A stretch of DNA of 64,000 nucleotides. Source: an uncultured Alphaproteobacteria bacterium. Its GTDB lineage: Bacteria > Pseudomonadota > Alphaproteobacteria > Rhizobiales > JACESI01. Made by a program: the position numbers and the translations under genes. The DNA lies in contig CALHLB010000030.1 in NCBI GenBank assembly GCA_938034375.1, positions 1,220-65,219 of the forward strand, read 5' to 3'. The notes under the pieces were generated by a model. It did not search any database. It was not told the DNA's origin and was given only the letters and a program-made list of their open reading frames with translations. Positions 30,406-39,678 of the stretch are shown here, piece by piece; positions within the stretch are counted from its first letter, which is position 1, and each line of letters begins with the position of its first letter.

Positions 30406-32337
30406 TTATTGCGACTGTGTTTCCCATGTTTTGAAGGCCGAATCTGTTGCCTTTTGTCCTGCAATTCCTTTTTCAAGTGTTAGGATAGCGCGTTTGCCGC
30501 TGGCAAAAACAACAGGAATATCGTACCATTTCAGCCCTTTAAGGGCATCTGTGTTGCTGGCTTGGTCTGCTGCTTGTGATGACATGGCTACCCAGAAGAT
30601 ATTTTCTGATACTTTAACGATAGCACCGGCAATTTGTTTGCCATTTTCCTGCTCGCGTTCTTTCATAAGGACGCCTGCAATATTGTTTATGTTATCATCG
30701 GCAAAAAGCGGGCCGGCCTGAAATTCTATTTCTATCAGATGACTTGCGGGTAGGGAGGCATCAAGATTTCTCATAATTTCAAATCGTACACGCAAGTCTC
30801 GATTTTGAATGCGAGCATTGCCGCGCACTGAAGGAAGATCACTTGAGCCTATGGCGGCGCTTCCTGTCGGATCAAGTTCCCATGTTACATTGCCTGTTGA
30901 AACATCAGGGCGGCCCGTGTCTTGTCTTTCTTCATATAAGATGGCGCTTGCTGTAAAAATATTGATGGTAGGTGTTTGTGTTGCTGCTGGCTCTTCATTT
31001 GATTGCACTGTCGATGCGCTATCAGTAGTCTGCGGTTGTTGGCTGGGTGCTGTTTGTTGAGAAGCTGGCTCAGGTGCTGGTGTTGTCTCTTCTGTTATTT
31101 TTTCTTCAGAATTTTCTCTGTTTTCCGAAAGGTTAATTTGAGTCCTTTCATTAATATCATTCAGAGAGACATTTTTATCAAATGCAGTGTCCGGCTCTTC
31201 TTCTAGAGGCGTATTTAAGAGACGATCTTGATCTTTATTGTCGATTTCACTTTGATTGTCATTTTCCGGCAAAGCTTCAGATGATGGCACATTATCTTGT
31301 GGTATTACGGAATTGTATAAGGAGAGAAACGGGTCTTTTAAAGCTTCCCCCTGTGTGTAAAGGAATGTTCCTGCACCAATTAGAATTAGAAGTAAAACGA
31401 TCCAGACAAGGCTTTTATTGCCAGATTTTTTACCAGCCTTTTCAATTAGCCTGGCATCGTCAAGAGTAATTTCTGGCTGTTGCTTAATTTCAGGGATTTC
31501 CTGATTCGGTTCATTAGGGGATGAAATAGCAATTTCAGGGGCCTTGCGTTCTTCAATGCTTTCATCTTCAAGAGTTTGTTTGAGATCCTCAAGCGGGGAT
31601 GAAGACGCTTTTTCTGCACGAAAAGCATCAACGCGTGCGAGGCTTGCATCGGCTTCATCAAGGAGTTTGCGACTTTTTTCAGAAATATTTGGATGAGATG
31701 CTGGGGTACTTTCTGTTTCTGGTTCAAGAACCTGTTCTTCAACTGGAGAAATTATTGTTTCCTCTGATGAAGGGCCGGGAGAAGAGGGAGAAATAACAGG
31801 TGTTTCTATCGCTTCGGGCGTGCTCTGTTTTTTTTCTGCTTGTTCTTGTGGTTCTTCTTTAGTGTGTGGCGGCTCGTTTTGTGGTTGCACGGCATTATCA
31901 TGATGCTGAACATTTTGAGAAGGCGATACAACAATTTCAGGGGTTGGTTTTGTTTCTACAGTGTTATTTGTGATAGTCTCATCAGATACTGAAATGTGTT
32001 CTTGAACTGTTATTGGGGCCGCACTTTCAGGTTTTAATGGTTCTGCTTCTTCAGTTGCGTTTGTATCAACTTCAAAACCATCAGCCTCCTCTTCTGATGT
32101 TTCTTGATATGCTTCAGGCGATGGCGGAGGAGCAAACTGATTTTCAGTATCGCGTATGGCTTCTTCCAGTTGCAAGCGCTGTTTTGAAATTTCCGCAGGC
32201 GAAAGGGCAGGTTCCAAAGAAGATAATTGCCGCATAAGTGCATTGCGGGCTTTATCGTAAATGGTACGGCGGTTTTCTTCACTGTTTTGTTCCAGGCCGC
32301 CAATGGCGCGGTTTAAAATGGAATGATAATCTGCCAT
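30406..32337 (-). CDS. large acidic, P/E/S/T-rich single-pass membrane protein (conserved alphaproteobacterial N- and C-terminal domains)
   Basis: 643 aa. Structured N-terminus (YHSILNRAIGGL..RTIYDKARNAL), long low-complexity acidic regions either side of a TM segment (LVWIVLLLILIGAGTFLY), globular C-terminal about 180 aa. Confidence 0.6.
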   Translation of the reverse strand: MADYHSILNRAIGGLEQNSEENRRTIYDKARNALMRQLSSLEPALSPAEISKQRLQLEEAIRDTENQFAPPPSPEAYQETSEEEADGFEVDTNATEEAEPLKPESAAPITVQEHISVSDETITNNTVETKPTPEIVVSPSQNVQHHDNAVQPQNEPPHTKEEPQEQAEKKQSTPEAIETPVISPSSPGPSSEETIISPVEEQVLEPETESTPASHPNISEKSRKLLDEADASLARVDAFRAEKASSSPLEDLKQTLEDESIEERKAPEIAISSPNEPNQEIPEIKQQPEITLDDARLIEKAGKKSGNKSLVWIVLLLILIGAGTFLYTQGEALKDPFLSLYNSVIPQDNVPSSEALPENDNQSEIDNKDQDRLLNTPLEEEPDTAFDKNVSLNDINERTQINLSENRENSEEKITEETTPAPEPASQQTAPSQQPQTTDSASTVQSNEEPAATQTPTINIFTASAILYEERQDTGRPDVSTGNVTWELDPTGSAAIGSSDLPSVRGNARIQNRDLRVRFEIMRNLDASLPASHLIEIEFQAGPLFADDNINNIAGVLMKEREQENGKQIAGAIVKVSENIFWVAMSSQAADQASNTDALKGLKWYDIPVVFASGKRAILTLEKGIAGQKATDSAFKTWETQSQ

Positions 32338-32368
32338 TCGCTTTTCCGTTTTATGTTATGGTGTAAGC

Positions 32369-33667
<1,299 letters not shown>

Positions 33668-33918
33668 TTACTCTTCTCTTTATTATAAGGCTTATTGATT
33701 AGCCTTGGGTTTCTTCTATCTGGTTCAAGTGTGCTGCCTGTCTTAGTTTTAAAAACGTCAAGCGATTTACACTATAGAGGAGGGGATGGTTAATAGCGAG
33801 CTTGTTGCTATATCAAACCGTTCCCTTCCATCTCTTTTAGTGCTTTTTATGCAGTTATTCCCTTCAAAACAAGGTTTAAATCACTATAACCATCTAAAAT
33901 AGTCAAATTAACGAATTA

Positions 33919-34827
33919 ATGGCAAATGGTGAAATTATGATGAAACCCTTGGTCGCCAATGGTTTTTTTGTGCTTATGGTTGCAACTTTCTTTTGGGGCG
34001 GAAACGCGATTGCGGGTAAGCTTGCAGTGGGACATGTCTCGCCGATGATTTTAACGGCTTTGCGTTGGGTTCTTGCTGCTATCTTTTTATTTCCTTTTGC
34101 TTTTTCTTATCTTAAACAAGATAGGACCATTATTGTTAAACTGCCTTTATATTTTGTTTTAATGGGATTTGTTGGCTTTTCCTTCTTTAATATTCTTCTT
34201 TATTCCGCGCTTACCCATACCAGCGCTTTAAATGTTACAATTGAACAGGCTGCCATGCCACTGTTTATCTTTTTGATAAATTTTATTGTTTTTAAACAAA
34301 AGCCAATAAAAGCACAGATTATTGGCTATATTATTACTTTGCTTGGGGTTTTAATTACGATTAGTGGTGGAAAATTTGAGCAGATCTTACTGCTTGATTT
34401 TAATCAAGGTGATCTCATAATGATGCTGGCTGCTCTGGCTTATGCTTCTTATAGCGTTGGCCTTGCCATTAAGCCGGCTATTCATTGGTTGAGTTTCTTG
34501 TGGATGTTGGTTTTTATTGCGGCCTTAGCTTCCCTTCCTTTTGCATTTTATGAAATGACAACGTCTGCTTTTTTATGGCCCAATTCATTTCTAGGCTGGG
34601 AGATTGTTTGTTATACTGCGCTTCTTCCCTCGTTGCTTAGTCAGGCTTGTTTTATTCGTGGGGTGGACCTTTTAGGGGCTAATATGGCAGGGCTTTTTTT
34701 GAATGCTGTGCCTATTTTTGGCGCCTTACTTTCTGTTATGATTTTGGGAGAGGCCTTCCATCTTTATCATGCTCTAGCGCTATTCCTTGTTATTTTCGGT
34801 ATTTTATATGCTCAGAAAAAGTTTTAA
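33919..34827 (+). CDS. EamA/DMT family transporter
   Basis: About 10 TM segments in two EamA-like halves. The exact start (33919 versus the MMKPL methionines) is uncertain. Confidence 0.78.
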   Translation: MANGEIMMKPLVANGFFVLMVATFFWGGNAIAGKLAVGHVSPMILTALRWVLAAIFLFPFAFSYLKQDRTIIVKLPLYFVLMGFVGFSFFNILLYSALTHTSALNVTIEQAAMPLFIFLINFIVFKQKPIKAQIIGYIITLLGVLITISGGKFEQILLLDFNQGDLIMMLAALAYASYSVGLAIKPAIHWLSFLWMLVFIAALASLPFAFYEMTTSAFLWPNSFLGWEIVCYTALLPSLLSQACFIRGVDLLGANMAGLFLNAVPIFGALLSVMILGEAFHLYHALALFLVIFGILYAQKKF

Positions 34828-34837
34828 AATGGTGTTC

Positions 34838-35938
34838 TTATTCTATTCTCCTTAAGGCGTTAATGAGATCCAGCATGTCTTTTGGCAAAGCACTTTCAAA
34901 ATGAAGTGTTTCACATGTTCTGGGGTGTTCAATTTCTAAGAGGGCGGCATGTAGGGCTTGTCTGTTGAGTTTTGCTATTAGACCTGCAATCTCGTTTCCA
35001 AGGCGAGCTGATTTGGTGGCATAGCCTGTTCCGTAAACCGGGTCACCGATGAGCGGGCATCCTATATGAGTCATATGAACACGAATTTGGTGGGTGCGAC
35101 CTGTTTCAAGATGGCAGTTGACAAGACTTGCCAAGGCTTCGCCTTTATTATTGCCGCGTCCATAAGCTTCTACTATATCATAATGGGTAATGGCTTCGCG
35201 GCCATCCTTTTCAACTACAGCCATTTTGAGGCGGTTATTGTTTGAGCGGCCTAAAAGGGTTTGAATGGTGCCTTTTGCGCGGGCAGGAGTATTCCAGACA
35301 AGAGCTTTATAGGCGCGGCGCAAGGGGCCGTTTCTGCCATGATCGGCAAATTGTGCGGCCAGTCCTTTGTGACAAGTGTCATTTTTAGCGATAACAAGCA
35401 GACCAGAGGTGTCTTTATCCAGGCGATGCACAATGCCCGGTCTTTTAACACCTCCAATACCTGAAAGACTATCACCACAATGATGGATAAGCGCATTGAC
35501 AAGTGTACCTGTCCAATTACCGGCTGCTGGATGGACAACCATACCGGCAGGTTTATCAACGATGATGAGGTCTTTGTCTTCATAAATAATTATGAGTGGG
35601 ATTTTTTCGCCTTGAGGCATTGGATCTTCAGGCGGAGGGATTTTAATTGTTATTGTATCAGTTATTTTGATTTTCTGCTTTGGGCTTGTAGCTATGGTGC
35701 TGTTGAGACCAACGTGGCCTTTTTTTATAAGGTCTTGTATGCGATTGCGCGAAAAATCTGCCAGTTTTTGAGCGAGAAAGGCATCTAACCGCTTTCCAGA
35801 ACTTTCTTCTTCTATTTGAAAAAAATAATTTTGATAAGGGGTGTCATTCAAAGGTAAATCGTTTAGGAAGTCACTATTGGAAGAAAGATCACTTATTGTT
35901 TCTTCCGGCATTGTGTTAGTGGCGGGAATTTTAGCCAT
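34838..35938 (-). CDS. rluD: RluA-family 23S rRNA pseudouridine synthase (RluD-like) with S4 domain
   Basis: HRLDKDTSGLLVIAK catalytic motif, GRTHQIRVH, N-terminal S4-like RLDAFLA. Confidence 0.85.
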   Translation of the reverse strand: MAKIPATNTMPEETISDLSSNSDFLNDLPLNDTPYQNYFFQIEEESSGKRLDAFLAQKLADFSRNRIQDLIKKGHVGLNSTIATSPKQKIKITDTITIKIPPPEDPMPQGEKIPLIIIYEDKDLIIVDKPAGMVVHPAAGNWTGTLVNALIHHCGDSLSGIGGVKRPGIVHRLDKDTSGLLVIAKNDTCHKGLAAQFADHGRNGPLRRAYKALVWNTPARAKGTIQTLLGRSNNNRLKMAVVEKDGREAITHYDIVEAYGRGNNKGEALASLVNCHLETGRTHQIRVHMTHIGCPLIGDPVYGTGYATKSARLGNEIAGLIAKLNRQALHAALLEIEHPRTCETLHFESALPKDMLDLINALRRIE

Positions 35939-35976
35939 TTTACTCTTCCAATTGTCGTTTTAAAATAGGTTTTACC

Positions 35977-36360
35977 GTGTCTGACCCAATTCAAGATGAA
36001 ATACAAGAAGAACCTCTGGATCCTGCCGTTGAGCGTGTGCAAGCAAAATTGAGAAAATTGCTTCTTGGTTCCAGTTTAATCATGGGGTTAGGGCTTATCG
36101 CAGTTTTTGCTGCAATAATTTATAAATTAAATGAAGTGGAAGACGGAGCTGTTGCCTATCAAATTCCTGATATTGTGACACAGGCAGACTTGCGTAAAGC
36201 ATCTTATCCCTTGCCAGCTCGTACCAAAATTTTATCAACTTCTATCAATGGTGATAACCTGGTGGTGACCTATCAGGCCGAAGGCGGTGAAGGGGGGGTT
36301 TTGCTGATTGATATTCCAAGTTGGCAGGTTTACAGCGTGCTGACTTTATCAGGAAATTGA
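35977..36360 (+). CDS. hypothetical membrane-anchored protein
   Basis: 127-aa ORF with a GTG start and one TM segment (LLGSSLIMGLGLIAVFAAIIY). Confidence 0.4.
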   Translation: MSDPIQDEIQEEPLDPAVERVQAKLRKLLLGSSLIMGLGLIAVFAAIIYKLNEVEDGAVAYQIPDIVTQADLRKASYPLPARTKILSTSINGDNLVVTYQAEGGEGGVLLIDIPSWQVYSVLTLSGN

Positions 36361-36473
36361 GAGTATTTCTTGATTGGACTTTGCTTATGAGAATTACCAT
36401 TTTTTGAGTGCGTTTATTTATTATGAAATTTTTTAAAAGAAAAAATAAGTAAATAGCGTATAACTTTTTGTAT

Positions 36474-37442
36474 TTATTGTTTCTTTGTGGCGGCTTCACC
36501 AATTGCGCGCTTAATAATATTCTTTTCTTTTGATAATGGCTTTTTCTTAACCGGCGTTATTTTCAGTGTTGGTTTTGTCTTATATGTCAAATCAGGTATT
36601 GAGACTGCTGGTAATCTGGTTTCATTTTTGATTTCTGTTTTTTTGGTCTGTTCTTCTTTTTTTTCCAATAAGCCTTTAATGCGTGCCGCAAGAGAGGTTT
36701 CATTTTTGCTGCCATCATTTGCGAGAATTTTTTTAATCTCTGAATCTTCTCCCTCCATTTTTGCAGCCAAACTTGTTAATTGAGCTGTGAAGGACATGAG
36801 TTTCTCTTCCAGCATATGTGTTTCATGGTTTTCTAAGATTGGATTATATTGCTGTGTGGAAGAAGAAAGGCTGGGGGGTAAATGAGTTTTGGGTAGAGTG
36901 CGATTGTCGCTAGAAGTAGCAAGAGAGGCATCAGAAAGTGCAGGGCTTGTATTTTCGCTTTTGTGGGTATTGGATTTTTGGCTATGTTCTATGCGTTTTA
37001 TAGCAAGCCTTAAATCTCGGTTTTCCCGCAGAATTTGCCTTGATCTTTGTTCAAGTCCGGCAAATTGTGCATCGCGCTTTCTTAGGCGCTCGTTTAGGTC
37101 GAATTCCTTGGTTTTGATTTCTTCACGCGCGAGCTTGCTGGCTTTGCTGAGTTTATTGCTTGCATCCAGTTTTTTCTTTAAGTCTCCTAATTCAAGCCCT
37201 TGGCGTGAAGATTGCTCTTGATGCTTTTCTAATTCAATTTCCAGTTTTCTTAAGGATACGGCGTAATCGGCACGCAGTTGATCTGTTCTGGCTGCTACCT
37301 CTTCTGCTGTATAAGGCATTTTTTGCTGTATTTTTATAGCTGCTTTATGCGCTGCCCTTCCTGTAACAATAGGGAGTGCCAAAAGCACAATGAGGGTTGC
37401 GATAAGAAAGCCAGCGCCAGAAAAAAGAAGAATTTCAATCAA
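36474..37442 (-). CDS. hypothetical N-terminally anchored coiled-coil protein
   Basis: N-terminal TM segment (MIEILLFSGAGFLIATLIVLLALPIV), then a long charged heptad-like region. Confidence 0.5.
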   Translation of the reverse strand: MIEILLFSGAGFLIATLIVLLALPIVTGRAAHKAAIKIQQKMPYTAEEVAARTDQLRADYAVSLRKLEIELEKHQEQSSRQGLELGDLKKKLDASNKLSKASKLAREEIKTKEFDLNERLRKRDAQFAGLEQRSRQILRENRDLRLAIKRIEHSQKSNTHKSENTSPALSDASLATSSDNRTLPKTHLPPSLSSSTQQYNPILENHETHMLEEKLMSFTAQLTSLAAKMEGEDSEIKKILANDGSKNETSLAARIKGLLEKKEEQTKKTEIKNETRLPAVSIPDLTYKTKPTLKITPVKKKPLSKEKNIIKRAIGEAATKKQ

Positions 37443-37525
37443 ACCGTATACTCCACCAGGTCACCGCATATAAAAAGGTGCTTTGAACCCCAAGTGTTAT
37501 ACACGCAATTTCACTTTTTTTAAGA

Positions 37526-38194
37526 CTAGAAAGGATTAAAAGTTGGTTTGGTTGTAAATTTAAGGTAGCCAACATTGACACCTAAGCGTGCGCCTACACC
37601 GCTTCTAATGGGGACGATGACAATTGGTCCGCGTTTTCTAACGGACATTTCAATGCCACCAATGACAACTGCAGAACCGCTAACACCCGGGAAACGTTTA
37701 TATAGGGCATCAACATTTGGAAGTTGATAGACAAGCATCATGGTTCGTGTGCCGGCTCCTCCAAAATCCCAGCCAATTGTTGGTCCTTGCCAAAAAGTTT
37801 TATATTGTCCTGCATTTTTTGTATATAAAACTCCTTCACCATATTGCAGGCCACCAACAAATGCGCCGGCTGCTTGTTCCCCTAATATATAGCCATTTGG
37901 CAGGCCAAAACGGGAAAAGGCTCGTTCAACAACACTGGCAAGACCTCCTGATACGCTGCCAAAAAATTTATGTCCTGTATTTAACACTTCATCAAAAGTA
38001 AAAGTATCGTTTGGATTAATACCTTGTGCATTGTTTTGAGTGCTATGGGGAGGGTTTGCTGGCACATTGCCAACAGCAGGCTGCTGGGCAAATGATTGGG
38101 ATGCCCATAAAAATATCGTGAATGAAAGGATTAGAGACACCAGAAGAACGCGTTTTGGTAGTGTCATTAAGGTGGCATTTCCAGAAAAACTCAT
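37526..38194 (-). CDS. secreted DUF1134-like protein (family assignment from memory)
   Basis: Signal peptide. GYILGEQAAGAFVGGLQYGEGVLYTKNAG..FWQGPTIGWDFGG resembles the DUF1134 family as I recall it. Confidence 0.55.
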   Translation of the reverse strand: MSFSGNATLMTLPKRVLLVSLILSFTIFLWASQSFAQQPAVGNVPANPPHSTQNNAQGINPNDTFTFDEVLNTGHKFFGSVSGGLASVVERAFSRFGLPNGYILGEQAAGAFVGGLQYGEGVLYTKNAGQYKTFWQGPTIGWDFGGAGTRTMMLVYQLPNVDALYKRFPGVSGSAVVIGGIEMSVRKRGPIVIVPIRSGVGARLGVNVGYLKFTTKPTFNPF

Positions 38195-38307
38195 GAAGGT
38201 GTCCTTTTCATTTTAAAGCGCTTTACCTGATATTTTAACTATTTGTCCGTTAAGGACTGTTAAAATGTTGGCTTAAGAAAAGCGAATCATAGAGATATTA
38301 TAATAGA

Positions 38308-38769
38308 ATGAATTATTTTCTGAAATGTCTTCTTGTTTTATTTATGGCAGCTATCACACAAAATTCTGTTTATGCTTTTGACCGTTTTTTGAACGATTCT
38401 GTGACTGGGTATGCTTTGCATGGTTATGATCCTGTGGCTTATTTTGATAAGTTACAACCAATAATGGGGCGTTCAGCGTTTGAAGTTGAGTGGCAGAACT
38501 TTTTTTGGCGCTTTGAAAATCAAGCTAATAAAGAGCGTTTTTTAGAAGCGCCTCAAATTTATGTACCGGCTTTTAATGGATATGGTGCTTTTTCGATTGC
38601 CAATAATCGCCTTGCAGATGGTAACCCACTGATATGGGCGTTGTTTGAAAACAAGCTGTTTTTCTTCCATTCATTTGAAATGCGTCAGATTTGGGCGCAA
38701 AACCCACAAAAATTTTATGAAATGGGTAAACAGAATTGGCCAAAACTTTATAAAAGACTTGCCCGTTAG
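38308..38769 (+). CDS. secreted YHS-domain-like protein
   Basis: Signal peptide, then GYALHGYDPVAYF, typical of YHS-type proteins. Confidence 0.5.
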   Translation: MNYFLKCLLVLFMAAITQNSVYAFDRFLNDSVTGYALHGYDPVAYFDKLQPIMGRSAFEVEWQNFFWRFENQANKERFLEAPQIYVPAFNGYGAFSIANNRLADGNPLIWALFENKLFFFHSFEMRQIWAQNPQKFYEMGKQNWPKLYKRLAR

Positions 38770-38833
38770 CCTATACAAAGGTTACCGCTATAGTAAACCG
38801 TTTCATTGATTCGTAAACTATGAGGTAAGTATT

Positions 38834-39475
38834 ATGGCTAATGATTTGAAAGAACTGGATGCTGCTGACTTGGGCGCGCTTTTATGCAGTAAAGTTTGCC
38901 ATGATATTATTTCGCCTGTTGGGGCCATTACCAATGGCCTTGAATTAATGGAGGAAGATATTGACGGTTCCATGCGAGATATGGCGATGGATTTGGTTAA
39001 ACGCTCTGCAACGCAAGCTTCTGCGAAATTGAAATTTGCCCGCATTGCCTATGGTGCGGCAGGTTCTGCTGGGGCTTCTATTGATACTGGTGATGCTGAA
39101 GATGTTGCCAAAGGCTATGTTGCCAGTGAGAAGCCGGACCTTGAATGGAAGATTGCGCGGCAACTTTTGCCGAAAAATCAGGTTAAAATGATTTTGAACC
39201 TTATTTTACTCTCATTAAATTGTGTTCCTCAGGGCGGAAAAATAGTTGTTACCATGGAAGGTGATGCTGAAAAACCTGTATTTACTTTATTATGTTCTGG
39301 CAAAAATGCGCGCGTTGCAGAAGCCGTTAAAAATATGGTTCAGGGTATTATGGATGACGTAACGGTTGATGCTCATAATGTGCAGCCTTATTATGCGGGC
39401 TTGTTAGCGCGTTTATCAGGGCTTTCTGTAACCATGGAAATGAAAGAAGGTGACGCCCTTATTGCTGCGCAATAG
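38834..39475 (+). CDS. chpT: histidine phosphotransferase ChpT (CckA-ChpT-CtrA relay)
   Basis: LLCSKVCHDIISPVGAITNGLELM is the ChpT phospho-His helix. About 210 aa with a pseudo-ATPase C-terminal half. Confidence 0.8.
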   Translation: MANDLKELDAADLGALLCSKVCHDIISPVGAITNGLELMEEDIDGSMRDMAMDLVKRSATQASAKLKFARIAYGAAGSAGASIDTGDAEDVAKGYVASEKPDLEWKIARQLLPKNQVKMILNLILLSLNCVPQGGKIVVTMEGDAEKPVFTLLCSGKNARVAEAVKNMVQGIMDDVTVDAHNVQPYYAGLLARLSGLSVTMEMKEGDALIAAQ

Positions 39476-39678
39476 TGTATGCACTGTTCTTAAAATGTTT
39501 TGAAATCGGTTTATAAAAGGCTTTTTTGCCTAATTCTTGCCTAAAAAATGTTTCAAAGTGCAATAATATCACTTTTTATTGCCATCCTTTAGCCTATGTT
39601 AACGGTTTAAGTGAAAACTACACGTCATGAAGCTATGAGTTTAGTAATTAAACTCTTTAACTAGATAATGGCGTGATT

